Shown here in pieces: positions 41,240-54,299 of a stretch of 64,000 bases of DNA (the stretch's first letter is position 1; each line of letters begins with the position of its first letter). The translations under genes were made by a program, and so were the position numbers. The notes beneath the pieces are model-generated. The model saw only the letters and a list, made by a program, of their open reading frames with translations. It did not search any database and had not been told where the DNA came from. The stretch lies in assembly GCA_951406725.2 (NCBI GenBank), contig OX597833.1:33976001-34040000 (forward strand). The letters run 5' to 3'. This DNA is from Octopus vulgaris. Lineage: Eukaryota.

Positions 41240-41589
41240 TACACACACAGTTCTATACATATGTTTTGGTTTTTGAAAATACAACATTGAACAAAGGATA
41301 TTCTAATACTTGAATGAAACCATTTTACTTTAATTTATGGAACCAGTTGCTCCTGTATGATAAAATTTAATATTTATTTAGCTGGCAATCAGTGAGATAT
41401 AAGACTAAATCAATTGAAGATCAGACAACAGACTCAGTAGTTGTCAGTTTGTATTCTGTCATCTGTAACTTCAACACAAGAAAGTCTCTTTTTCAAGTAT
41501 GGACCTTATGAAGTTTTGCTCATCATACATTGAAGGACAAATCTTTCAATTTATAATTTAACAAACATAGTGTTGCATTTAGTATATAT

Positions 41590-41888
41590 GCGTGGCACCT
41601 TCGGCAAGTGTCTTCTACTATAGCCTTGTGAGTGGATTTAGAAGACGGAAACTGAAAGAAGCCTGTCGTATATATGTATATGTATGTGTGTGTTTGTCCC
41701 CCTAGCATTGCTTGACAACTGATGCTGGTGTGTTTATGTCCCCGTTACTTAGCGGTTCGGCAAAAGAGACCGATAGAATAAGTACTGGGCTTACAAAATA
41801 ATAAGTCCCGGGGTCGATTTGCTCGACTAAAGGCGGTGCTCCAGCATGGCCGCAGTCAAATGACTGAAACAAGTAAAAGAGTAAAAGA

Positions 41889-41890
<2 letters not shown>
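41590..41890 (+). mobile_element. tRNA-derived SINE (5'-truncated)
   Basis: Same family as 53503-53925. Confidence 0.85.
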
Positions 41891-41922
<32 letters not shown>

Positions 41923-42193
41923 GTATAAATATCAACACAATTATTTCCTCTTCCTCTTTTTCTTCTTTCTTCCCTTCTCCAACGACACCCCTCCCAGACT
42001 CACAGGCACCCACACACACACACACGCGCACACACACATACACACACCTTCACAAAACAATAATAAAAAGAATTCAAGACAATTCTTCTTTGAAATGGCC
42101 AATTTCTAAAAACCAAAAACCATTTACAGTTGCAAAAAAAAATAAAAACAAAAGTGGCTCTGATTACTCTTAACAACTTGACCATTCCTCCTT

Positions 42194-42251
<58 letters not shown>

Positions 42252-42254
42252 ACT

Positions 42255-42765
42255 CACAAGACAATGATAAAAACGAAATATAATTTATGGTCTACTTTCC
42301 CTCCCCTTTCTTCCTTTCCTTCTTCTTTTCTAACACTTCCTTCAGATACAAACACACACACGCACACACACACACACATGCACACACCCACATGCTCTCT
42401 CTCACTTTCTCCCCATTCATCACCCTCTTGTACTATCTTATATCCCTCTCCACCACTACACACTCAATAACACTATAAAATGGTCAAAACTTAAATTCTT
42501 TTCCCCAAGATCTTAGACCCCATCCTTGGAGTAAACATCCTGACCAACTACAAAAGAAACTAGCAAAACAATTTTTTCTTCTTCCCTCTCTCCCTTTTCT
42601 CCCTTCTTTTTCTTTAACACTCCTTCCAAATACAAAAACACATACACACGCACACACACACATACTCTCTCTCTCTCACTTTCTCCCCATTCATCACCCT
42701 CTTGTACTGTCTTATATCCCTCCCCACCACTACACACTCAATAACACTATAAAATGGTCAAAACT
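42255..42765. repeat. Imperfect tandem duplication (~270-bp period)
   Basis: CTCACTTTCTCCCCATTCATCACCCTCTTGTACT..CACTCAATAACACTATAAAATGGTCAAAACTT occurs twice. Confidence 0.85.
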
Positions 42766-42785
42766 TTTTCACAGGAACTTAGTTC

Positions 42786-42824
42786 GATTTGAAAACCCCA
42801 CTAGAATGGGAGAAAGCGCTAATA
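42786..42824 (+). ncRNA. Minimal HHR, U3:A8 variant
   Basis: AT-TTGAAAA-C CCCA CTAGAA TGGG A-GAAA-GCGC-TA-AT. Palindromic stem III; stem I is short. Confidence 0.55.
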
Positions 42825-42972
42825 TATGATATATGATATATGATATACGTTATATGATGTATAAAAACATGTAATATACAAATAAATATCTGTAAATATA
42901 AAACCATCCGAATTTCTGAGTACCTCATTTCTTCTAATATAAAATACCTGTACATCATCTCCAAACCTTCTA

Positions 42973-43041
<69 letters not shown>

Positions 43042-43093
43042 TACATACATACATACATACATACATACATACATACATACATACATACATACA

Positions 43094-43125
<32 letters not shown>

Positions 43126-43675
43126 ATTAACGAAATAACTGAAGTTAGAGAAGAAATGCTTATTCCATTCTTTGATAACTGTTTCACAATCTGTATCCAA
43201 CGCACAAATAAATATATATATAGATGCACACATATTTAAATATAATTGTACTGTGACATAATGATCAAATTACTCATCGGAACGTATCCTGTCAAGTAAA
43301 CATCGAGTCTGCTAAATTTAGTGGCTTTCTCCTTATTTGCATATCACTTTTAGCTTACAATATAGAATAAGATGTAAAGAGTAAGATAAGAAAAATTAAT
43401 CAAGAAAAGTACGAAAAAAGATAAATAATGAAATGTAAAGAAGTTAAAAAGCAGTAAGTGTGTCTCGAGGAAAAGATTTTTACAGCAATTATGGGTCAGT
43501 AAGTGCACGAACAACAAAGGTCAATAAATGTTGCGGTTGACTGGTTTTCAGAACGACAATGCCTTTGAAGCTCAGTCTCAACTATATTTTGTTTTGATAA
43601 CCGGGCACCAGCCGGAGAGCTTACTATGTGCTCTGTTCGATTTATTGATCCCCTGTTCCAGTTATGCATATATTT

Positions 43676-43774
<99 letters not shown>

Positions 43775-44279
43775 CGTGCGTGTGTGTGTGTTTGTGTGTG
43801 TGTTCGTGCGTGTGTGTGTGTTTGTGTGTGTGTTCGTGCGTGTGTGTGTGTGTGTGTGTGCGTGTGTGTATAAGATTTTCGGGATCCGATAGAATAAAGT
43901 ATTTAAATAACAAAGGCACCAAGGTTGAGTCGGGCAAAGTGCACCTATGCACTAACAGTGTGTACAGACGCTCACGTACTTACTAAAGTAAATACAGATT
44001 TGTCCTTCCGGTTATGCATACATTCACAAGTATGGGGCAAATGCACATCGTATATGCAAAGTCACACGGGAGTACACTTCACCACATGTTCCACCGTCCA
44101 TTGTAGGCGCAAGATTATCTTAATATGAGATCACCATGTCGCGCACATATGGTTGTGATGCATGTGCCTGGTGTACCCTTATCAGACGGGTAGTCATGAT
44201 GGGTATACAACACAGGGATGGTTCTGAGTGTGATGAAGTATAAACAATAATACACCATGTAAAAAGCCGTTTTCTTTTG

Positions 44280-44407
44280 GTGAATTAAGAGCAAAATTTA
44301 ACATTTAACATTTAGGATTTTCCACACAAATACCGAGATGAGATGGTCAACACGTATTTGTGTGGAAAATTCTAAATGTTAAATGTTAAATTTGACTCTT
44401 AATTCAC
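44280..44407. repeat. Short fold-back (~55-bp arms)
   Basis: GTGAATTAAGAG..TTTTCCACACAAATAC vs GTATTTGTGTGGAAAA..CTCTTAATTCAC. Confidence 0.9.
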
Positions 44408-44473
44408 TTGAAAAATAAAGAACGCGTCTAAAGCAGCTGTAGCAAACCTCAGTCCATCTATTGTATTGTTTAT

Positions 44474-44585
44474 AGGGTTCAGTCCCACTGCGTGGCACCT
44501 TGGGCAAGTGTCTTCTACTATAGCCTCGGGCTGACTCAAGCCTTGTGAGTGGATTTGGTAGATGAAAACAGAAAGAAGTTCGTCG

Positions 44586-44631
<46 letters not shown>

Positions 44632-44812
44632 CATGTATGTGTTTGTGCCTGTCCCTCCACCACCACTATCTCTTGGTAACCGATGTTGGGTTATTTACGT
44701 CCCCGTAACTTAGAAAGAATAAGTTCTCGGGTCGATTTGTTCGACTAAAGGCGGTGCTCCAACATGGCCGTTGTCAGATGACTGAAACAAGTAAAAGAAT
44801 AAAAGAAAAGAA
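44474..44812 (+). mobile_element. tRNA-derived SINE (5'-truncated)
   Basis: Same family as 53503-53925. Confidence 0.85.
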
Positions 44813-44819
44813 TATATAT

Positions 44820-47800
44820 TGTTGTAACGTAATTTGTTACGTACAATAAATAGGATAATCAGACAACAGTAAAAACAATCTGACGAACTAAAAAATCTCT
44901 TTACGAACCAACAATCAATATTCTTTGTGAACTAACCAACCGACACCTTCCAACTTCACTGCGAACTAACACGAACTTCAATCGACTCCAAACTTTGAAC
45001 CTTGAACTCACTCGGGTCGTTACTGTTTATACTTTACTAGGACCAGTCTATCCCTCGCAAGAGGGCGTCGTAACTCTCATCATAACATCTCCCCTTTATA
45101 GATTTCGATTACTGTGAGAAAGTGGAATTTCTTTTATTTTTTTTCTTTCCAGCAACTCTCCCCACTTTTTTGTTTTAATTGTTGTATCTTAATTGTTGCC
45201 CGACTTTTAAGGTAGGATTGTTCGTTGCGCAATGCACTTTTTCTTTTCGTTACACTATGCACTCTTGTAAGTACTCTTGTTTTGGGGGGATTTTGCTTTT
45301 GCTTTTTGTTGGGTTTTTTTCTAAATTTAATATCTTTTTTCGTTTCAGTATTACTTCCGGATATTCAGTCTGCTTTCGTTTTCTGAAGCTAGTTCCATAG
45401 GGTTCTATATCTCTCGGTGCTGGCACTTCAAACATATCATAGAATACTTCCATTGGTATTACCCTTCGTTTTTCTGTATGTCTCATCTCTAACAGGTTAA
45501 AGTGTTTCTTATTGTCCTTTAATTAAATACATCATGTTACCTAATATTTTGATTACACAGCCATCCGCCCAACGCCCTTTACCATTGTTGTAATTTTTAA
45601 TATGAACTTTGTCTCCTACTTCAAAATGCTTGTAATATTTCTTGGATTTCCTTCAAATGTATTTTTGTCTTTCTTTTATATGTATTTTTTCCTGGCAATA
45701 ATTTATCGAAGATCGATTTTATTTTACGCTCGAACATTAATTCTGCTGATAACTTTCCTGAATTAGTATTTGGATTTGGTGTTATTCTATATACTCTTAA
45801 AAATAATCGATAGGCTCTATCGATTATCTGACAATACGTTTTTCCCGCTGCTATCAGCGAACGTGAAGCATGAACTACTGGCTTCATATTTCTGTCTTTA
45901 TACTTGTGTAGCAAGACTGCTCCTATTCCATACCCCGACGCATCAGACGCTACAACCATTTCCATGCGCTAGTGACAAGTCAGAAATTAGTATTTTCTTG
46001 ATTGCGTCTGCGCTGGTGGGTCAGGACGTTTTCCATTCTTATCTATGATATGACCTAGGTATTTGATTTTAGGCAAAACAAATTCACACTTCTCTTCACT
46101 GAGTGTGAAACCATAATCCTTAATATTTTTAAAGACACACCTCATGTGTTCGATATGCTCATTTCACGATTCGCTTTTGATTAACACGTCATAAAGGTAA
46201 GAAATAGCAAACTGACAGCTGCCAACATCATGTCGATCACTTGTTTAAATATTGCAGGTGCTACCTTCAGTCCAAAAGGTAGTCTATTGTATTTGCATAG
46301 ACCTCTGTCCGTGTTGGCCGTTAACAGCTTTGAGCATTTATCTACTCGGATTTGTAGATATGTGTCAGACAGATTGAGTTTTGAAAGTATTTTTCCTGTT
46401 TAGTTTTGTAAAAATATCTTCTGATAATGGTTCATTTTTAAAACAATCATTTAAACCGGTCGAAAAATAGGCACACAACCTAAATTTGTTATTTTTCTCT
46501 TTTTTACACAGAGTCGGAGCTGCCGATTTCGCGTAATCCACTTTTTCAATGATTCCATTTTTTTTCCAGTCTATCCAACTCATCGTCCACTTTCTTTATT
46601 GCTACAAAAAGGCACTTTCCTATTAGGCTTGAACACGGGTGTAACGTTATCATCTAATTCAAAACACGCTTCAATATTTGTGCATAGACCTAGTTTGTCC
46701 GAGAGTACTCACGGAAATATTTTTAAAATTTTCTCTTTAACTCTTCACACGAATTATTTTTAGAGGGACAACCATTTACGTTTCTACAATAGAGATTTAT
46801 GGGGAGGTTCCATAAATCGATTAATTCTAACCAATCGGTACCAAACAGATCGGTTGCATTTTTAGCGACGAAGACTATCGCCTTCCATGTTTTCCCTCGA
46901 AATGTGACATTAGTCCACATTTCACCTATGAAATGTAATTTGTCGCCCGTCACGTTCCGAGCAGATTTCGCTGTTTTTCTCAACATAGGTTTCCATATTT
47001 TCTTCCATGTATTCATGTTTATTATTGAAATATCACTTCCAGTATCCAATTGAAATTTAATATGTATTCTATTTAGTTTTACGTCTACGAATTTTCTTTA
47101 TTTGGGAGTCGATTTTTGTTTCTGCTGAGAGCACTCTAGGATTTTTAACGTTTGACCTTCGTATTTTGTTCTACAATGTGAACTCTTGTGACCAATTCTT
47201 TTGCAATGTAACATTTTTGATTTTTTTAATGGACAGTCTTTTCTGAAATTATTCCCCCATATTCATAACATGGATTAGGGCGTGATGCTCTATTTTGGTT
47301 GTACTTTTCCGGTCGGCATATCTGTATTTTTGAGGAATCCTTTTCTTGAATTTTTTCTACATCGTATTTCAAATTCACCTTCCTTTGGCGTTCTTCTTTC
47401 ACGGACTGTAAGGTTAGATCTTGGTTCACTTGTTCCAATTTAGGAAGAATTATTGCCCATATTTCTGTATCTTCGTTTGCTGTAAGGCCTTATACGAAAA
47501 TAAGACACTTGAACATCTCGGGTGTAAGTTCTTTGTGTTTAAAACTTTCACACATCCTGTTGACTGTTCCTGCGTATGTAATAAAATCATCATTCTCTTT
47601 TTTTTTTTTTTTTTGTTATATTCCAACACTCCATTCGAGTGTAAGATAGAGAAGTTTTATCACCGAATTTCTTTAAAACAAATTTCATTAGATTTTTGGG
47701 GCAATATGAAATAACAGTAACCACCTTTTTGTTCGTCTGACCATGGTTTTCAATCTTACTTAAAAATCTCCTCGTACCTTCTGTAGTACGATGCGAAAGT

Positions 47801-48312
47801 TATACCCTCCTCTGGGTTATGACTGAATTCATTAATCGAGTTCGAAACACCGTCTGGCGAAACTTCATTTTTGGACTTATTTCAATATAGCTCCAATAAT
47901 TGTTGTTATAGTTGTTGCTGTAATAGTTGCTTCTACCACTCCTGTTGCTGCTCTTGTTGCTTTTGCAACTGTACAATGGAAGCTAATAGGTCTTCCATTA
48001 TTTAACAATTTATATCGCAAACAAATTGTTAAATAACCTACATGAGCTTCGAAGCCCTCGTCGCCAGATGTTGTAACGTAATTTGTTACGTACAACAAAT
48101 AAGATAGTCAGACAACAGTAAAAACAATGTAACGAACTAACAAATCTCTTTACGAACCAACAATCAAATATTCCTTGTGAACTGACTAACCAACACCTTC
48201 CGACTTCACTGCGAACTAACACGAATTACACTCGACTCCGAAATTCAGATCGTTACTATTTACTATTTATACTTGGACAAGTCTGTTTCTCGCAAAGAGG
48301 CGTCGTAACTCT

Positions 48313-48316
<4 letters not shown>
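44820..48316 (-). mobile_element. Gypsy LTR retrotransposon (K02A2.6/Mag-like), decayed; LTRs 44820-45087 and 48069-48316
   Basis: Direct repeats TGTTGTAACGTAATTTGTTACG..ACA. Minus-strand PBS TGGCGACGAGG (tRNA-Ser-like) and PPT AAAGGGGAGA. Protease LDTGSD and RNase H ASDASGYGIGAVLLH. Inserted in TA repeats. Confidence 0.9.
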
Positions 48317-48404
<88 letters not shown>

Positions 48405-48909
48405 CATACATACATACATACATACAGTACGTGCATGCACACATATACGTTAAAACGACATTCCGTATTTTCTTTCGTATAGGTCATGCGCTTTGCATCG
48501 CTATATGCTAACATCGATATTTGACTGTAAGTCATCGTGGGAGGTCTTTATGCAGTCTGCTAAAATACCAATTTCTTTCAAATTACACATTACATCTTTT
48601 CAAAAATGAAAAAACACAGGATAATGCATATCTGAAAAGAAAATAGGCTGGTCAAAAGAAATAGGTTGATGCTGTTTAGTCCCAATCATCCTTAATGGAA
48701 CAAGTGCGTTCCTGTTTTACAGACACGTAAATTTTATCACTATATGGTCCACTGTATTCTTTATCTAAGGCAATATGAGTGTTTCGAGGGAGATTTGGCT
48801 GTTATCTATGGCATATATGTGTACATATACATATTCAAGATTACACAATTCCGTAACAAATACACACACACACGCGCACACATACATACATGCATATATA
48901 AATATATGA

Positions 48910-48971
<62 letters not shown>

Positions 48972-48976
<5 letters not shown>

Positions 48977-49894
48977 AAATATTGAATTTCTAAATCTCTC
49001 GTAGAGACATGTACGGTGGTGGGGCGATAGAATGGTTGTATACTGTCAATCTAACAAGAACGTGACAGTAGGGGGTACACCACCGCTGTATAGCCCTAGG
49101 AAGCATCGAACGCCTCCTGATAGCTTTGACACATTTTTTCTCTGTGTCCTTATATACATATACGAAGGGGAGACAAACACCCCCGGCTGCCGGAACTGCA
49201 TCTAGGGACACCGTGTTTCAGGATCGTTGTCCTTCATCGGCCTAGAGTAGCAGACACCGGTCAGCTGGTGATATTTGCCTCGACTTCGTAATTGTATATA
49301 CCTATATTCAGTCTGCTACTCTAGGCCGATGAAGGACAACGATCCTGAAACACGGTGTCCCTAGATGCAGTTCCGGCAGCCGGGGGTGTTTGTCTCCCCT
49401 TCGTATATGTATATAAGGACACAGGGAAAAAATGTGTCAAAGCTATCAGGAGGCGTTCGATGCTTCCTTGGGCTATACAGCGGTGGTGTACCCCCTACTG
49501 TCACGTTCTTGTTAGATTGACAGTATACAACCATTCTATCGCCCCACCACCGTACATGTCTCTACGAGAGATTTAGAAATTCAATATTTCTTATTTTGAT
49601 AATCAGTGAATAAACTTCACTGAATATAGGTATATACAATTACGAAGTCGAGGCAAATATCACCAGCTGACCGGTGTCTGCTACTCTAGGCCGATGAAGG
49701 ACAACGATCCTGAAACACGGTGTCCCTAGATGCAGTTCCGGCAGCCGGGGGTGTTTGTCTCCCCTTCGTATATGTATATAAGGACACGGGGAAAATGTGT
49801 CAAAGCTATCAGGAGGCGTTCGATGCTTCCTTGGGCTATACAGCGGTGGTGTACCCCCTACTGTCACGTTTTTGTTTGATTGACAGTATACAAC

Positions 49895-49902
<8 letters not shown>
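48972..49902. mobile_element. Non-coding inverted-plus-tandem repeat (one - unit, two + units) in (TA)n; PLE pseudo-LTR/retrozyme-like
   Basis: 48972-49311 (-), 49311-49594 (+) and 49620-49902 (+) are near-identical, with (TA)n on both sides. Confidence 0.92.
49313..49370 (+). ncRNA. Type I HHR (U4C variant); copies at 49678-49735 (+) and 49196-49253 (-)
   Basis: CTGC-TAC-TCTAGG-CCGATGA-AGGA CAACGA TCCT-GAAA-CAC G GTG-TC-CCTAGA-T-GCAG. All three stems pair; GUC triplet. Confidence 0.85.
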
Positions 49903-49952
<50 letters not shown>

Positions 49953-50008
49953 GTCGGGTTCGTTCGATTCTTCGCTTCGTTCCGTTTCTTATCCTCCCAG
50001 TATTGTTT

Positions 50009-50069
<61 letters not shown>

Positions 50070-51129
50070 CATATATATATACATACATACATATATATAC
50101 AGAGAAAGAGAGAGAGAGATGATGTACAAAATTCAGGAAGAACATTAGGGACATCAGTTTCACCGGTCTCCATGAGCAATGTCCCTGTCTCCAGATTCAG
50201 CGTGTGTAAGTGTGTGTGTGTGTGTGTGTACATACATACATACATACATAACATACGTACAATATTTTCTGGAACATTTGGTCCCAAAGTCTGTCTGGCT
50301 TATTGATTTTTTCCGAAACGAGTGTAATCACTTTGGTCAGCGCATTTTAATTTGACCAAATATCAAATGTTCTTAAATAATTAAATGAAATACCTGTATC
50401 TATACATTAGTATAAATTAGTGCGGATTATAGGGGATTTCGGACCATCAGTGTCTGGAAAATCCTTTTAATTACAAGGCATTCGTGAAAGATCAAACTAT
50501 ATCAATGTGATGCACGCTACAAATAAGGTAGGCATAGTCACACAAAGCAAACAGTTATATAATCTATTACCATAGCACGGAAGGCATCGATGAAGGGAAA
50601 TCTTTGTTATTAGGTAATCCGCAATTCCAATAGTATCCAGACGTATCCAATAATTAATAGAACTTTAAGTATGACGTAAACAACAGAATAAATACAGACA
50701 AATGGATTATCTGGTATTGTTACAATTGTTTCATTAGGATTTTTTATTTCGTCGTGAACATAAAACAATTAGTTAGATAGTGAATACTACTGGATGAGAT
50801 GGGAGTCATGTAGTCACATTATATCAATTTGTATTAAGCTTACGTGGAAATAAAAACTCCTAACTAAACAATTGTGGCAATATTAGATAACTCATCCGTC
50901 TGTCTTTAAGAGGTTCAGTTATGATTTTGAATTCCGACCACATAAAACCATCACCAGCAACGACTACCCAAAGAGACGTATGGGTTGGAGGGTTGTCACT
51001 TGAGTGGTTCAAAGGTGTCATCCGCTAAGAGTAGGGGTCACCAATAAATGGTAGTTGACCCCAAAGTACTACTACCTTCCTTCTCTCTCTCTCTTTCTCT
51101 CTCTCGCTCTCTCTCTCTCTCATTCTCTA

Positions 51130-51200
<71 letters not shown>

Positions 51201-51249
51201 CTGGTGCGGTCGGCTCGCTTTCTCTCTTCTCTCACTCCTCTTCATCCGC

Positions 51250-51281
<32 letters not shown>

Positions 51282-51319
51282 CTTCCTAACTAAATAGCTA
51301 ACTTACTGCTCTAACCACA

Positions 51320-51486
51320 ATAATTAAAATATTTCTATCAATTTCTTCATATTTTGAAATGCTTTGACTGAGGCAGGTTTATGTAATGGATGCATTTCCT
51401 ATCATATATTATACAAACACGAAACGTATGTATTAAATGATTTTAAAATATCACTATTTGCTTTGACTTTATTATTACATCTCATT

Positions 51487-51553
<67 letters not shown>

Positions 51554-51927
51554 GTGTGTGTGTATACAAATATATGCATATTTATATATATAAATATATC
51601 ACATCTATGTACATATATAAACATGTATATACTTATATGTACATATTAAATTATTTTAAATTATCACTGTTTGGTCTGACTTTATTATTACAACTCATAT
51701 ATATATGTATATATATGTGTGTGTATGTGTGTATATATATGTGTGTGTGTGTATGTATGTATGTTTAAAAATATTTCTATTAATTTCTCCGTATTTTTAA
51801 ATGCTTTAACTAAGACAGGTTTATGTAATGGATGCATTTCCTATCATATATTATACAAACATGAAATTTATGTATTAAATGATTTTAAAATATCACTATT
51901 TGGCTTCACTTTATTATTTATTATTAC

Positions 51928-51935
<8 letters not shown>
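51320..51935 (+). repeat. Old tandem repeat (~442-bp period) with degenerate HHR-like motifs at 51363-51437 and 51805-51879
   Basis: TTTGA-CTGAGGC-AG-GTTTATGTAAT..ATTATACAAAC-AC-GAAA-CGTATG-TA-TTAAA. The second copy is more decayed. Confidence 0.55.
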
Positions 51936-51969
<34 letters not shown>

Positions 51970-52704
51970 ATGCATATATATATATGCATATATATATATA
52001 TATATAAAGTTAAATAATGAGGGTAATAATTAATATTAATTAAATTAACATCAATTTAAACCAGTGGCCTAGCATATTTTAAAAAATCCGAAGATTCAGA
52101 AAAATTACATTACATACATACATACAAGAGGAATGACCACTAGGTGGACTCCTAATATGCTTGAGGTAGACCCCCATATGGTGTGACCTCTAATAAAAAT
52201 TATTCTCAAGAAAATTTCCGCAAATGCCAGAACGTAAAGCGAGCAAGAGATATGAAAATATACAAAATTTGGAGATAAGCCATTTACCTAGATTTCATTG
52301 TTACCATTTACATTACGTAAATGCCTGCAAATCATCGGTGTGACCGTCATGGAAAATATAATTTAGAGAACTATACGCGAGACGTCCTTACAAGAGAGAA
52401 CACAGTGTCCGTCCATTAGATCATCCTCGAAGTGAACTCTAGTAGAACTCTGACAGTTGCTGGAGCGAAAACACATGTAGGTCATTATAATATGCTGTAT
52501 ATAACTATAAAACAAATTTTGATATTAATTTATACATATATAATATAATATGATATAATATAACGATATAACAAATGATAGATGCGGAGAAAGGAATATA
52601 TGAGAGACACTATTGCTCACAACGATCGTCTCGACCTATCCTGCATCGATCCCTTGCGGTGGGATACTGTACAACTGGTTGGAGTGCATCCCTTGGTGCA
52701 GATG

Positions 52705-52736
<32 letters not shown>

Positions 52737-52758
52737 GCACTCGTATATTTGCCAAATT

Positions 52759-53035
52759 GAAGTGTACTGTTTTATATATCCATTAAACCGATCTTACCAA
52801 TCGGTTTCGCACTATGGGTTCAGCGGAGTGTTAGGTAGCAGTCCAATTATGTAACCCTGCGCTATTCAGAGATGGCAGTTATGAAATGAAATATGACCAT
52901 ATTTTATTCTATAACTGCCATCTCTGAAGAGAGCATGGTTACATAATCGCTCTTGTACCTAACACTCCGCTAAATCCCTAGTGCGAAACCGACTGGTAAG
53001 ATCAGCCGTAATGGATATATAATACTGTACACTTC
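52759..53035. repeat. Fold-back element (~135-bp arms)
   Basis: GAAGTGTAC..TTCAGAGATGGCAGTTAT vs ATAACTGCCATCTCTGAA..GTACACTTC, centre at ~52896. Confidence 0.9.
52920..53002 (+). ncRNA. Type I HHR motif
   Basis: ATCT-CTGAAGA-GAGCA..TGC-GAAA-CCGACTGG-TA-AGAT. Canonical core, GUA triplet. Confidence 0.75.
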
Positions 53036-53502
53036 TATTAATGCATGCATGCATACATGCATACATACATACATACATGCATACATACATACATACATAC
53101 ATACATACATACATACATACAAATGTCTCTTGGTTTGCATGGCTTCATTTTAGCACAGTTTTCGTTTTTGTACACTACGCATACAGAATAAGCACTTTGT
53201 CGTTTCTTCGTTTCTATTCCCCTTTCATCTTACTTTTACTCTACATCTTCAACAATGAAGTAGACCGCACTAAACTAATGCTTAAGTTACTGTTTCTTTT
53301 TAAATATCATAAATATTTTCCACACTGAATATCAGAGATTCAAATGTTAATAAAGTCGATTTTAGAAATCATTATCATTCTTGGTATATTAAATTAATTT
53401 CAAAACTGAAGAGTGTTCGACAGAAACTACCTAATATATTATTACAAACGAAATAATAGTGAGAATAATTTTTAGAGAAATTGCTCGATCTTCAGTAACA
53501 TA

Positions 53503-53925
53503 GGCGCAGGAGTGGCTGTGTGCTAAGTAGCTTGTTTACCAACCACATGGTTCCGGGTTCAGTCCCACTGTGTGGCACCTTGGGCAAGTGTCTTCTACTA
53601 TAGCCTCGGGCCGACCAAAGCCTTGTGAGTGGATTTGATAAACGGAAACTGAAAGAAACCCGTCGTATATATGTATATATATATGTATGTGCATGTATGT
53701 TTGTGTGTCTGTGTGTCTGTGTGTGTCCCCCTAGCATTGCTTGACAACCGATGCTGGTGTGTTTATGTCCCCGTCACTTAGCGGTTCGGCAAAAGAGACC
53801 GATAGAATAAGTACTCGGCTTACAAAGAATAAGTCCCGGGGTCGAGTTGCTCGATTAAAGGCGGTGCTCCAGCATGGCCGCAGTCAAAATGACTGAAACA
53901 AGTAAAAATGAGAAAAAGAGAAAGA
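53503..53925 (+). mobile_element. Full-length tRNA-derived SINE (most abundant family in the window)
   Basis: A-box-like TGGCTGTGTGCTAAG, B-box-like GGTTCAGTCCC, internal microsatellite and AAAAGAG tail. At least 8 copies in the window. Confidence 0.9.
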
Positions 53926-54028
53926 GAACATTAAAACACACAGCATAACATAAAGAAAACAACTGAACAAAGCTAATTTGCTTTGGAAAGAAGATAAAAC
54001 CCAATATTACAACAACATCCATATATAA

Positions 54029-54099
<71 letters not shown>

Positions 54100-54192
54100 T
54101 AATCCAAACAAGAAGACACAAAAAAACACAGCAACGCGAGGACGTGGAACAAATAAAGTATTATTGGACGCTCAGGAAAGAAGGGAAGGAGG

Positions 54193-54227
54193 GTTTAACG
54201 TTTCGAGCGGAGCTCTTCGTCGGAAAC
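54193..54227 (-). ncRNA. Minimal HHR (U4C variant)
   Basis: Minus strand GTTT-CCGACGA-A-GAGC TCC GCTC-GAAA-CG-TT-AAAC. Confidence 0.7.
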
Positions 54228-54299
54228 AAAGGAGAAGGAAAGATCCCGAGAAGGGAAGACAGAGGGAAAAAAATTGCTGGCGGTGCTCACGAGGTCACA

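Noticed and set aside
48990-49576. Identical 73-aa ORFs on both strands (likewise 6376-6782)
   Set aside because: A by-product of the inverted repeats; non-ATG starts and no domain.
50718-50760. Minus-strand GAAA-CAATTG-TA preceded by ACGACGA; similar partial motifs near 37310, 41150, 52450 and 52620
   Set aside because: Core or stem II too degenerate to call an HHR without a family consensus.
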